Assembly: GCA_016741945.1 (NCBI GenBank)
Contig: JACVCQ010000001.1
Location: 1-37,818, forward strand
From: Chitinophagaceae bacterium
GTDB lineage: Bacteria; Bacteroidota; Bacteroidia; Chitinophagales; Chitinophagaceae
Direction of reading: 5' to 3'
DNA: 37,818 bases
The notes under the pieces were generated by a model. The model saw only the letters and a program-made list of their open reading frames with translations. It was not told the DNA's origin and searched no databases. Made by a program: the position numbers and the translations under genes. How positions within the stretch are numbered: the stretch's first letter is position 1; the number at the start of each line of letters is the position of its first letter. This document shows, one piece after another, positions 20,343 to 30,342 of this stretch.

Positions 20343-21692
20343 GTGAAAAAACTAGTTCAGACATTAAGGAATATTTGGACGATAGAGGAGCTTCGTAACA
20401 AGATCATTATTACACTTGCACTGGTTCTTACTTATCGTTTTGGTACCCACATCGTATTGCCGGGTATTGATCCTAATAAAATTGAAGAAGCACAGAAATC
20501 TGCCCAAAGTGGGGGTGGTTTGTTAGGCATCTTCGATATGTTCGCAGGTGGTGCCTTTTCTCAGGCATCTATATTGGCACTCGGTATCATGCCCTATATC
20601 TCTGCTTCTATCTTCATGCAACTGATGACTATCTTAGTTCCTCAGTTACAGAAAGTTCAAAAAGAAGGAGATAGCGGACGTAAAAAAATCAATCAGTGGA
20701 CACGTTACCTCACCGTAATCGTGACTGCATTTCAGGCAGGTGCATATGTTGCCTACCTGAACAGTCCGGGTTACGCTGAAGCGATCATGCCTGCTTATGC
20801 ACCTTACTTCTGGTTCTCTACTGTTATTACCTTAACAGCCGGTACCATGTTTGTAATGTGGCTGGGCGAAAAAATTCAAGACAAAGGTTTGGGTAATGGT
20901 ACATCTATCATCATCATGGTTGGTATCCTTGCTCGTCTTCCTCAGTCTTTGATTCAGGAGTTTAGCGCGAAAGGTGAAAGAGCCGGTGGTGGTTTGTTGA
21001 TCTTCTTGATCGAGATCGCTATTCTGATCGCTATCATCCTTGGATTGATCGTATTGGTTCAAGGTGTTCGTAAAATACCCGTAAACTATGCTAAGCAGAT
21101 CATTGGCAACCGTCAGTTCGGTGGTGCTCGTCAATTCTTGCCTATCAAAGTAAACAGCGCCGGTGTAATGCCGATCATCTTCGCTCAGGCGATCATGTTC
21201 TTGCCTACACTCGTATCATTTACCAATCTTGATTCTGCTCAGGGTATCGTGAAGATCTTCAACGATCATAGCAATACTTGGTATATGGTGATCTACTCAA
21301 TCATGGTAATCGGATTTACTTTCCTTTACACTGCATTGATCTTTAATCCTAAACAAATTGCAGAAGACCTGAAACGTAACAACGGTTTTATTCCAGGTGT
21401 AAAGCCCGGACAACCCACTGCTGATTATATTGGATCTGTCATGGATAGAATTACTTTACCGGGTGCTATCTTCTTAGCATTGGTAGGTATCATGCCAGGA
21501 TTCGCTCAGCGCTTAGGTGTTACGCAAGGATTCAGCACTTTCTTTGGTGGTACTTCATTGCTCATTATGGTAGGTGTGGTATTGGATACACTACAGCAAA
21601 TCGAAACATACTTGTTGATGCGTCAATATGATGGACTGATGAAAGGTGGTCGTATACAAGGCAGACAGACTGTTTCTACAACAACGATTTAG
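20343..21692 (+). CDS. secY: Preprotein translocase subunit SecY
   Basis: GTG start; SILALGIMPYISASI, GLGNGTS, GFIPGVKPG, FGGTSLLI. Confidence 0.99.
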   Translation: MKKLVQTLRNIWTIEELRNKIIITLALVLTYRFGTHIVLPGIDPNKIEEAQKSAQSGGGLLGIFDMFAGGAFSQASILALGIMPYISASIFMQLMTILVPQLQKVQKEGDSGRKKINQWTRYLTVIVTAFQAGAYVAYLNSPGYAEAIMPAYAPYFWFSTVITLTAGTMFVMWLGEKIQDKGLGNGTSIIIMVGILARLPQSLIQEFSAKGERAGGGLLIFLIEIAILIAIILGLIVLVQGVRKIPVNYAKQIIGNRQFGGARQFLPIKVNSAGVMPIIFAQAIMFLPTLVSFTNLDSAQGIVKIFNDHSNTWYMVIYSIMVIGFTFLYTALIFNPKQIAEDLKRNNGFIPGVKPGQPTADYIGSVMDRITLPGAIFLALVGIMPGFAQRLGVTQGFSTFFGGTSLLIMVGVVLDTLQQIETYLLMRQYDGLMKGGRIQGRQTVSTTTI

Positions 21693-21696
21693 TTTT

Positions 21697-21728
21697 AGAC
21701 CATGGTCCATGGACCATAGACCATGAAC
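21697..21728. repeat. 7-mer array (RGACCAT type)
   Basis: AGACCAT GGTCCAT GGACCAT AGACCAT GAAC. Confidence 0.8.
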
Positions 21729-21746
21729 AAAAAGTACGATATTTGC

Positions 21747-21789
21747 AAACCTGTCGTCTCGCTGATAGCGACGACAGGTTTGTTTTTTT
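21747..21789 (+). terminator. Terminator-like hairpin between secY and map
   Basis: AAACCTGTCGT…ACGACAGGTTT followed by GTTTTTTT. Confidence 0.6.
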
Positions 21790-21810
21790 ATCATGTCGAG
21801 AAGAAATCAT

Positions 21811-22614
21811 ATGATCATTTATAAAACAGAAGCGGAAATAGCCCTGATGAAAGAAGCAGCGCTTTTAGTAAGTAAAACACTTACTGAAGTGGCCAAGGTA
21901 TTGAAGCCGGGTATGACAACGATGCAAATCGATAAGCTTTGTGGAGACTTCGTCAAAGATCATAAAGCAGTTCCTTCTTTTTATAATTACAGAGGGTATC
22001 CTTTCAATGTATGTGCTTCGGTGAATGATGTGGTTGTTCATGGATTTCCCAATGATATTCCTTTAAAAGATGGTGACATTGTTTCTGTTGATATGGGAGT
22101 GATCTTAAATGGATGGCATGGTGATCATGCATATACATTCATGTTAGGTGAGAGTGATCCGGAGATTATTCAATTAGTAAAAGTTACAAAGGAGTCATTG
22201 TACAAAGGCATTGAAAAAGCCATTGTAAATAATAGAGTTGGAGATATCTCTTTTGCCATACAGGAACATGCTGAAAAGAAGCATGGCTATGGTGTGGTGA
22301 GAGAACTGGTAGGACATGGATTAGGTCTTAGTTTGCATGAAGATCCACAAGTGCCTAATTATGGTAAACGTGGGAATGGTCCGAAGATGAAAGAGAATTT
22401 GGTACTCGCTATTGAACCCATGATCAATCTGGGTACAAGAGAAGTATATACTGATGATGACGGGTGGACCGTTCGTACACAAGACGGAAAAGCAGCTTGT
22501 CACTTTGAACATGATGTATGTGTGAAGCGTGGGCAAGCATTGATACTTTCTGATTACAGCATTATTGAAGCTGCTGAGAAAGCAAATCCGAATCTGAATA
22601 CTTCTTATTACTAG
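21811..22614 (+). CDS. map: Methionine aminopeptidase type I
   Basis: CASVNDVVVHGFP, GHGLG…HEDP, AIEPM, HFEH; start at 21811 or 21793. Confidence 0.98.
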   Translation: MIIYKTEAEIALMKEAALLVSKTLTEVAKVLKPGMTTMQIDKLCGDFVKDHKAVPSFYNYRGYPFNVCASVNDVVVHGFPNDIPLKDGDIVSVDMGVILNGWHGDHAYTFMLGESDPEIIQLVKVTKESLYKGIEKAIVNNRVGDISFAIQEHAEKKHGYGVVRELVGHGLGLSLHEDPQVPNYGKRGNGPKMKENLVLAIEPMINLGTREVYTDDDGWTVRTQDGKAACHFEHDVCVKRGQALILSDYSIIEAAEKANPNLNTSYY

Positions 22615-22642
22615 TAATTCAACATTGAATTAATATTTTTAC

Positions 22643-22669
22643 AAAGACCTTTATGAGAAGGTCTTTTTC
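22643..22669 (+). terminator. Terminator after map
   Basis: AAAGACCTT-TATGAG-AAGGTCTTTTT. Confidence 0.7.
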
Positions 22670-22680
22670 TTTATCTAATT

Positions 22681-23907
22681 ATGCAACAACAACTCATTGT
22701 TATTGGTGGTGGAGCCTCCGGTTTCTTTTGTGCAGTAAATGCGGCACGCATGAATCCTGCATTGAAAGTTTTGTTGCTGGAGAAATCAAATAAGCTTTTA
22801 TCAAAAGTAAAAATTAGTGGTGGAGGAAGATGTAATGCAACGCATGCTTGTTTTGATATTCTTGAATTGATAAAGAAATACCCACGTGGAAAAAACTTCT
22901 TAAAAAAATCGTTTCATCAATTTTTTACAAAAGATACCATTGATTGGTTTGCAGAAAGAGGAGTTCGATTGAAAACAGAGGAAGATGGCAGAATGTTTCC
23001 GGTTACAGATGATTCTCAAACTATTATTGATTGTTTATTAAAAGAAGCAGACAAGTATAAAGTAATAGTACAATTACAAACAGGTGTTACTTCTTTTCAG
23101 AAAAAGGAAAACAAATTTGAACTTCAGCTACATAATGGAAATATCATTTTAGCAGACTTTATATGCGTTGCTACGGGTGGTTTTCCAAAAGCCAATATGT
23201 TTGATTGGTTGATGTCAACAGGACATACCATTGCAACACCGGTTCCGTCACTCTTCACATTCAATATACTGGGTAATCCTATTACATCTTTGATGGGTGT
23301 TAGTGTAGAACGTGCGATCGTAAAAGTTGCAGGTACCAAACTGCAGGAAGAAGGACCATTGCTGATTACGCATTGGGGTATGAGTGGTCCGGCCATCTTA
23401 AGAACTTCAGCATGGGGTGCGAGAGAGTTGGCAGATAAGAATTATCATTTTACAATTCTGGTGAATTGGATACCATCGTATACAGAACCAATGCTGCGCG
23501 ATGATTGGCAAGCGATCAGAGACAGATTCGGTGCACAAAAACTAGGTAGTAAAAATCCATTTGGATTACCGAGTCGTTTGTGGCTACATATTCTTCAGGA
23601 ATCTGAAACTGATAGTGATTGCCGATGGTCTGATCTTCCTTCAAAACAACAAAACAGACTGATCAAAAATCTGACTGCGCATGAATTTAGTGTAAAAGGA
23701 AAAACAACCTTTAAAGATGAGTTTGTAACTGCTGGTGGCATCATGCTCAGTGAAATTGACGCGCAAACGATGCAGAGTAAAAAACTATCCGGACTATTCT
23801 TTGCAGGGGAGGTCATGGATGTAGATGGTATCACTGGGGGCTTTAATTTCCAACATGCGTGGACCAGTGGTTTTATAGCTGCCAAAGCTATGGCATCAGC
23901 CTATTAA
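22681..23907 (+). CDS. HI0933/YhiN (BaiN-like) flavoprotein oxidoreductase
   Basis: IGGGASG, KVKISGGGRCNAT, LITHWGMSGP, FAGEVMDVDGITGGFNFQ. Confidence 0.93.
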   Translation: MQQQLIVIGGGASGFFCAVNAARMNPALKVLLLEKSNKLLSKVKISGGGRCNATHACFDILELIKKYPRGKNFLKKSFHQFFTKDTIDWFAERGVRLKTEEDGRMFPVTDDSQTIIDCLLKEADKYKVIVQLQTGVTSFQKKENKFELQLHNGNIILADFICVATGGFPKANMFDWLMSTGHTIATPVPSLFTFNILGNPITSLMGVSVERAIVKVAGTKLQEEGPLLITHWGMSGPAILRTSAWGARELADKNYHFTILVNWIPSYTEPMLRDDWQAIRDRFGAQKLGSKNPFGLPSRLWLHILQESETDSDCRWSDLPSKQQNRLIKNLTAHEFSVKGKTTFKDEFVTAGGIMLSEIDAQTMQSKKLSGLFFAGEVMDVDGITGGFNFQHAWTSGFIAAKAMASAY

Positions 23908-24004
23908 ATAATGATTGATCTTACAGGTGATTGTTAAAAAATTGCCACTTATCCATTCCGCTGTAAAATCCTGACATAGATTTACTATTTTAAGTGTCAA
24001 CTAA

Positions 24005-26608
24005 ATGAAACGCTCTATGAGAAGACTCTTGCTCGCCGCAACTGCATGTGCGGTATTTATGGGCTCAACCCTGTATGCTCAACAACCCCCGGCCGGAATG
24101 CCTACCGGTGCCCGTCCACAAGGCGATAGTTCAAAAGCTCCTGCAGCACCCAAAAAGCCAACAGTAGCTGAGAAGACAAAAGGTAATAAAAAGATCGAAG
24201 GCTTATTCACTTTATATCAGGATACCGCTACCGGTAGTCTTCAGATGTATATTAGAAAAGACCAACTGGATAAAGAATTTATTTATCAGAGTTTTTCTAT
24301 CAATGGACCTACTTCATTGTTCTTACATCAAAGTATGCACCGTGCAACAGCCGTGTTTAAAATGAAGAGAGCATTTGATAAAATCGAATTCTCTCAAGTC
24401 AATACCGGCTTTTTTTATGATAAGAATAATCCTGTTAGTAAGACCGCAGATGTAGATAAGCCCGAGGCGGTTTTTTACAATGATAAATTCAGTATTGAAG
24501 ATTCATTGGGTTATTTGGTAAGTGTAGATCAGTTATTCCTAAGTGAAAAATTAGATCCTGTAAAACCGATCATACCACCGAGCCCATTGGCTTTATTCAC
24601 TTTTAATTTGGGTGGATTAAATCCTACCAAATCTAAGTATGCGAATATCCGTTCTTTCCCAAATAATACCGATGTGGTAGTGGATCTATCTTATGATAAT
24701 CCAAGTACGCTTGCAAGCGGAGGTCCTGATGTAACAGATCCTCGTTATGTGCGTGTGCGTATGCAACACAGCTTTATAGAAATGCCTAAAAACGATTTTC
24801 GTTCACGCAGAGATGATCAGCGTGTGGGATATTTTCTGGATCAGCGTAACAACCAAACCAGCACCAGTCCTGTTCCTTACAAGGATATGATCAATCGTTG
24901 GAATTTGGTGAAGAAAGATCCATCTGCAGCCATCAGCGAACCTGTAGAGCCAATAGTATTCTGGGTAGAAAATACCACTCCCCATGAGTACCGTCAAACC
25001 ATTATCGATGCCGGATTGAAGTGGAATGAAGCATTTGAAAAAGCAGGATTCAAAAATGCAGTTCAAATGAAGATCATGCCTGATGATGCTACCTGGGATC
25101 CCGCAGATATTCGTTACAATGTAATTCGTTGGGTATCATCTGCAAACCCTCCTTATGGAGCCATCGGACCCAGCTTTACCAATCCAAGAACCGGACAAAT
25201 ATTGGGTGCAGATATCACGGTAGAATGGTTCTCAGGAAGTGCAACACCGATTTTCGATGAGTTGTACAATGGTCCGTCTATGCAATCAGCGAACGATTTA
25301 CATTTCCCCGGTATGCAGATGAAAAATCATACGGCTTGTACATTGGCCGGTGAATTGAAAGCACAGTTCATGACCGGACATACCACCCTCGAGGCCATGG
25401 ATGCTCCGGAAGGAGAGATCAAAGAAATGCATAAGCAATTCCTGATCTACTTGATCATGCATGAAATGGGGCATACACTCGGACTGAACCACAATATGAA
25501 AGCCAGTCAGATGTTATCGCCTGCAGAGATCAATAATACCTCTATCACTCGTTCTATCGGATTGATTGGATCAGTGATGGATTATCCAGCAATCAATGTG
25601 TCATCAGACAGAAGCAAGCAAGGAGATTATTATACCACTAAAGCAGGTCCTTATGATCTGTGGGCGATCGAATATGGTTACACGCCATTCTCTGAAGCAC
25701 AGGAAGAAGCAGGACTCACCAAAATATTATCACGCAGTACAGATCCTAAATTGGCATTCGGTAATGATGGTGATGATATGAGAGCTCCCGGTAAAGCCAT
25801 CGATCCACGTGTGAATGTAAATGATCTGACCAATGACGCCATCAGTTATGCAGAAGATCGTTTCAAACTGGTGAATAATTTAATGGGTAAGCTGGTGCAG
25901 AAATATACCAAGCCTGGACAATCATATGTAGAAGTACGTGCACGTTATGGTGTATTGAATGGACAACGTAACAGCATGATCAATGCCGTTAGCCGTTATG
26001 TGGGGGGTGTGTATATTGATAGAAGTAATCCTGAGCAAAATTCAGGTAATAAGCCATACACGCCGGTTCCATTAGCCACACAGAAGAAAGCGATCGATGT
26101 ATTGAATAAATATGTATTTGCGCCAAATGCTTTTGATGCAGATGCACAAGTATATCCATACCTCGCATTCCAGCGCAGAGGATTTAACCAGCCGGGCAAT
26201 GGAGAAGATTTCAAGATCACCAATAATGTATTAGGCTTACAGGCAGGTGGGGCGTTGGCTCATATCCTGAATCCGATCACTTTGCAGCGTATGACCAATA
26301 CGCGTTTGTATGGTAACCAGTACAGTGTTGCCGATGTAATGGGTGATCTGGTAAAAGGAATTTTTGATGCTGATATCAATGGTAATGTGAATGTTCACAG
26401 ACAATACCTGCAAACTACTTTTGTAAAAGGAGCAGCAAGTTTGTTGAATCCACAAGCACCGATTGATGATGTATCTAAAGCAGCGGCATTGTATACCATC
26501 AAGAAGTTGAGAACCAAATTGGCAGCTGCCGTTTCAACCAACGAAGAAACCAAAGCACACAGAGCCAATCTGCTCTTCCTGATCGATAAAGCGCTGAAGA
26601 CAGACTAG
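24005..26608 (+). CDS. Secreted zinc metalloprotease (DUF5117/DUF5118, EcxA-like metzincin)
   Basis: Signal peptide, R-x2-DQRVGYF, NPRTGQIL, HEMGHTLGLNH, SVMDY Met-turn. Confidence 0.92.
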   Translation: MKRSMRRLLLAATACAVFMGSTLYAQQPPAGMPTGARPQGDSSKAPAAPKKPTVAEKTKGNKKIEGLFTLYQDTATGSLQMYIRKDQLDKEFIYQSFSINGPTSLFLHQSMHRATAVFKMKRAFDKIEFSQVNTGFFYDKNNPVSKTADVDKPEAVFYNDKFSIEDSLGYLVSVDQLFLSEKLDPVKPIIPPSPLALFTFNLGGLNPTKSKYANIRSFPNNTDVVVDLSYDNPSTLASGGPDVTDPRYVRVRMQHSFIEMPKNDFRSRRDDQRVGYFLDQRNNQTSTSPVPYKDMINRWNLVKKDPSAAISEPVEPIVFWVENTTPHEYRQTIIDAGLKWNEAFEKAGFKNAVQMKIMPDDATWDPADIRYNVIRWVSSANPPYGAIGPSFTNPRTGQILGADITVEWFSGSATPIFDELYNGPSMQSANDLHFPGMQMKNHTACTLAGELKAQFMTGHTTLEAMDAPEGEIKEMHKQFLIYLIMHEMGHTLGLNHNMKASQMLSPAEINNTSITRSIGLIGSVMDYPAINVSSDRSKQGDYYTTKAGPYDLWAIEYGYTPFSEAQEEAGLTKILSRSTDPKLAFGNDGDDMRAPGKAIDPRVNVNDLTNDAISYAEDRFKLVNNLMGKLVQKYTKPGQSYVEVRARYGVLNGQRNSMINAVSRYVGGVYIDRSNPEQNSGNKPYTPVPLATQKKAIDVLNKYVFAPNAFDADAQVYPYLAFQRRGFNQPGNGEDFKITNNVLGLQAGGALAHILNPITLQRMTNTRLYGNQYSVADVMGDLVKGIFDADINGNVNVHRQYLQTTFVKGAASLLNPQAPIDDVSKAAALYTIKKLRTKLAAAVSTNEETKAHRANLLFLIDKALKTD

Positions 26609-26612
26609 GGAA

Positions 26613-26728
26613 GGGAAACAGAGAAATAAGAAACAGAGGAATAAGGAATAAGAAAGTAATTGTGAGAATCAACTACTTTCTTATTCCTTATTTTTTATTC
26701 CATATTTCTTATTTCTTATTTCTTATTC
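26613..26728. repeat. Inverted 7-mer arrays forming a long hairpin, possibly also a terminator
   Basis: AATAAGGAATAAGAAAGTA (26640-26658) pairs perfectly with 26674-26692; TTCTTAT x3 follows. Confidence 0.8.
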
Positions 26729-26785
26729 TCCTCTGCTTGCATAATTCAAATCCATTCACTATATTAAGGAACTAAAACGCCTGCC

Positions 26786-27214
26786 ATGAGAAAAGTAAGT
26801 AATGTATTACAACGCAAAGGAAACAGAGTAACTACCGTTCCGCCAGAGATGACGGTGATTGATGCATTGAAGCTGATGGCTGAACAAAATATTGGTTCAG
26901 TTGTGGTGATGAAGGAAGAGAAATTCGCCGGTATTATGACGGAACGCGATTATTCCCGTAAAGTAATATTGAAAGGGCGCCATTCCAGTGAAACAAATGT
27001 AGGAGAGATCATGACCACTGATTTTCCTTATGTGGCGATGAATGATACGGTAGAATCTTGCATGCAATTAATGACTTCTCACCGATTGAGATATTTACCG
27101 GTGATTGAAGATGAACAATTGGTGGGAATTATTTCGATCAATGATCTGGTAACAGAAACGATCTTAACGCAGGCTGAAACGATTAATCAGTTGCAGAGTT
27201 ATATACAGTCCTAG
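26786..27214 (+). CDS. CBS domain pair protein
   Basis: MAEQNIGSVVV…GIMTERDYSRKV…RLRYLPV…GIISINDLV. Confidence 0.93.
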   Translation: MRKVSNVLQRKGNRVTTVPPEMTVIDALKLMAEQNIGSVVVMKEEKFAGIMTERDYSRKVILKGRHSSETNVGEIMTTDFPYVAMNDTVESCMQLMTSHRLRYLPVIEDEQLVGIISINDLVTETILTQAETINQLQSYIQS

Positions 27215-27259
27215 TATCTTTTTTTAATACATTCCCCTAATTATTTAACTAAACCAATT

Positions 27260-27778
27260 ATGAAAACACTATTTCTATTTTTGATCTGTTTATGCCTATC
27301 TGCAAGTACCTTTTCGCAACAGAGAAGCAATCGCCAAGCTTCTCGTCCTAAAAAGGTTTTACCACCGCCTAAAACAGATCAAGAACACCTTGCTGATGCA
27401 AGAACTTTGTATTCCTTACGTTTATGCAATGCAGCAAAAGCCTCTTATTCTTTTGTTACCAATCAAAATAAAGATCAATCATTAATTAATGCTATCACTC
27501 AGTGTTTAGTAACTCCTAAAGCAAGTCTGGATGAAGCAGGAGGTTTCGATCCCGCTATACATGAACTTTCGGCATTAAATATTCCAATTAACCAACAAGT
27601 TGGATATGAAAATGTAGAATTTGGAAATGAAGAATTTGCTGCTCAAAGGTATAGAAATGCTATACACTTTTTTTTAACATACCTAACTGATAATTTTTCA
27701 AAGCTGAAAAATAATATTGAGCTATTAAAGCAATTTGAAGAAAAAATTGAATACTGCTATGATCAATTACGTAATTAG
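27260..27778 (+). CDS. Hypothetical exported helical protein
   Basis: MKTLFLFLICLCLSASTFSQ signal peptide; no family recognised. Confidence 0.7.
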   Translation: MKTLFLFLICLCLSASTFSQQRSNRQASRPKKVLPPPKTDQEHLADARTLYSLRLCNAAKASYSFVTNQNKDQSLINAITQCLVTPKASLDEAGGFDPAIHELSALNIPINQQVGYENVEFGNEEFAAQRYRNAIHFFLTYLTDNFSKLKNNIELLKQFEEKIEYCYDQLRN

Positions 27779-27864
27779 TTAAATGAAAAATAGATACAGC
27801 AGTTGCCCATTAAAACATTATTTGGGGCTTATCATACATTCAATAGTACAAAAGAAATAATAGT

Positions 27865-29148
27865 ATGGAGGAGTCGATGCAAAAACAGACAGAAAATCTT
27901 AATAAGCCATTGATTAATAGGATAGAAATTTTTTCTGATAAGATTGCAGCATACCGAAAAATACTATTGAATTTTTTTGTAATGCTGTTGGTCGTTTACC
28001 TGATCGTTGTCTTAATAGCCACTTCTTTTCAGAAAAAGTTATTGGTATTGCCAGTAGATATTCCTGATAAGCTAAAGAAAGAAGGTTATTCTCCTGAATT
28101 CTTTACGCAGAAGATTGTAGAGCGAATTGAATTCATTAAAGACAGTGCATCTGATTATTATAATAACAATGATATTAAACTGATGATGGAAGATGAGAAT
28201 ATCGAGATCGTCAATACGTTACTCGATAACACTCCATTAGAAGGATTTAAAAGCATGTTCATTGATTTTGTCAATCGGAATCAGGAAAAAGTAACAGGTA
28301 AAGTAAGAGATCTCAATGATCGAGTCCAAATGACGTATCGTATTGGAAATAAAACCCCTATTGTTGTTGAAAAGAGTACTACAGATAGTCTTATTTATGC
28401 TGCGGCTGAATATATAATGGAAGAAATGAATCCTTATTATTTAAGTGCTTATTATTTTAAGACCAAGGAGTTTGATAAGTGCTTACGTTTAGTACAGAAG
28501 TTGCTGAATAGTAGCAATACCAGGTATAAGTATCTTGCTTTTCATATACGAGGAAATGTTTACATAAGTATGGGAGATCAGTATTTGAACAATGCCGATT
28601 CAGCAAATCATTGGTTAGGTGATGAATACTTAGATTATGCCAAAAATATTTTTGATAGTGCAATCGCCACCAATACTTTCAAATCACCATGGCTTAGTTA
28701 CAATAGTATGGGTGCAGTTTATCACAACAAAAAGATGTATGACTCAGCAAAAATTTGGTACAAGCGATCTATGTCATCCAATAGTGCTGGTGCAAATGCT
28801 TTTTATAATTATGGCAATATCCTATTGGATGAATATACTGTTGATGGAAAAAACTTAAAATCATATCCTGATACAGCTGTCTTTTACTTTAAAGAAGCCA
28901 TTAAACGAAATTCGTTTAACGTAGACTATTATATTGGATTACTGAAAGCATATGCTTATGGAAAGCATGTTGAAGAAGCCAAGGCTTTATTTTTCAAGTG
29001 TAAGGATATGGATCCGAAGAATTTAGATATTTATTCTTATATGGTTCAAGCATATCAACCGAAGGATCCGGTAATGGCTCGGCTATATATGAGTCTTTAT
29101 ATAAAAAAGCTTAAGGAGGCAGGATATGCTATTGCTGCAACTCAATAA
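27865..29148 (+). CDS. Membrane-anchored TPR-repeat protein
   Basis: One N-terminal TM helix; TPR-like segments (YNSMGAVYHNKKMYDSAKIWYKRS, AFYNYGNIL). Confidence 0.8.
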   Translation: MEESMQKQTENLNKPLINRIEIFSDKIAAYRKILLNFFVMLLVVYLIVVLIATSFQKKLLVLPVDIPDKLKKEGYSPEFFTQKIVERIEFIKDSASDYYNNNDIKLMMEDENIEIVNTLLDNTPLEGFKSMFIDFVNRNQEKVTGKVRDLNDRVQMTYRIGNKTPIVVEKSTTDSLIYAAAEYIMEEMNPYYLSAYYFKTKEFDKCLRLVQKLLNSSNTRYKYLAFHIRGNVYISMGDQYLNNADSANHWLGDEYLDYAKNIFDSAIATNTFKSPWLSYNSMGAVYHNKKMYDSAKIWYKRSMSSNSAGANAFYNYGNILLDEYTVDGKNLKSYPDTAVFYFKEAIKRNSFNVDYYIGLLKAYAYGKHVEEAKALFFKCKDMDPKNLDIYSYMVQAYQPKDPVMARLYMSLYIKKLKEAGYAIAATQ

Positions 29149-29227
29149 TATGATAGTACCCTTCGCTTTGAAACGGTACTTGTATTTTCGTAGGTTCTAT
29201 TTTGTCATTGTAGATTTCATCCTACTC

Positions 29228-30322
29228 ATGAAAAAATTTCTTTTACTGATCTCTTTGTTATTAAGTCAACAATTAATAAAGGCACAAACCAATACGCAGC
29301 GCTGGACTCCCAATTATCCCACACCTGTTGAAGGTGATTATCTGGTCAGGAATTTTGAATTCCAAAGTAAGGAAGTGTTAACTGATATGAACCTGCATTA
29401 CTATACCATTGGCAAGCCGGAAAAAGGGAAAGATGGTAAAGTCAGTAACGCCATACTCATCATGCATGGTACTACGGGTAATGGAGGTGGATTTTTGAAC
29501 CAACGTTTTGCAGGGAATTTATTTGGTTCCGGACAATTGCTCGACGCTACCCGGTATTATATCATTTTAGTAGATGCTATCGGACATGGTAAGTCTAGCA
29601 AGCCTAGTAATGGTTTGCATATGCGCTTTCCAAAGTACACATATGATGATATGGTGAAAGCACAATATGTTTTACTAACTGAACATTTGAAAGTCGATCA
29701 TCTTCGATTGGTGATGGGTACATCGATGGGCGGTATGCATACATGGGTTTGGGGTTATACGTATCCTGATTTTATGGATGCACTCATGCCATTGGCCAGC
29801 TTACCGGTTGAAATTGCAGGAAGGAATAGAATGATACGTATGATGGCGATCGATCTCATTAAAATGGACCCCGAGTGGAAAGGGGGAGCGTACACCGAAC
29901 AACCGAAAGTAGGCTTAACAGGAGCCATCTCTTCTTTATTTTTCATGGGTAGTAGTGCCTTACAATTGCAGAAGAGTGCACCTACACGGGAGCAGGCAGA
30001 AGCGGCTTATGCCAGAACGAGATCCTCTTACCTAGCTTCTTTAGATGCCAATGATTTTATCTATGCATTTGATGCCTCACGTTTTTATAATCCCGCGCCT
30101 TATTTAGAAAAGATCAAAGCGGCATTGGTAGCGATCAATTCCGCAGATGATGAAGTGAATCCACCCGAGTTGGGATTGATGGAACGCGAGATCAAAAAAG
30201 TTAAAGACGCGAAATATATCTTGTTGCCAATCACAGATCAAACTTCCGGGCATGGAACACATTCCAATCCACTTCTATGGGGAGAGTACTTGAAGGCTTT
30301 ATTGGAGAAGACGAAGAAGTGA
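29228..30322 (+). CDS. Secreted alpha/beta hydrolase (homoserine acetyltransferase-like fold)
   Basis: Signal peptide from the ATG at 29228; HGTTG, GTSMGGM nucleophile elbow, SADD, GHGTH. Confidence 0.9.
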   Translation: MKKFLLLISLLLSQQLIKAQTNTQRWTPNYPTPVEGDYLVRNFEFQSKEVLTDMNLHYYTIGKPEKGKDGKVSNAILIMHGTTGNGGGFLNQRFAGNLFGSGQLLDATRYYIILVDAIGHGKSSKPSNGLHMRFPKYTYDDMVKAQYVLLTEHLKVDHLRLVMGTSMGGMHTWVWGYTYPDFMDALMPLASLPVEIAGRNRMIRMMAIDLIKMDPEWKGGAYTEQPKVGLTGAISSLFFMGSSALQLQKSAPTREQAEAAYARTRSSYLASLDANDFIYAFDASRFYNPAPYLEKIKAALVAINSADDEVNPPELGLMEREIKKVKDAKYILLPITDQTSGHGTHSNPLLWGEYLKALLEKTKK

Positions 30323-30342
30323 TGATCTTAAGTAATAGAATA

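Noticed and set aside
10138-22536. Numerous antisense ORFs over ribosomal genes, secY and map
   Set aside because: Shadow ORFs caused by the codon bias of highly expressed genes; no recognisable products.
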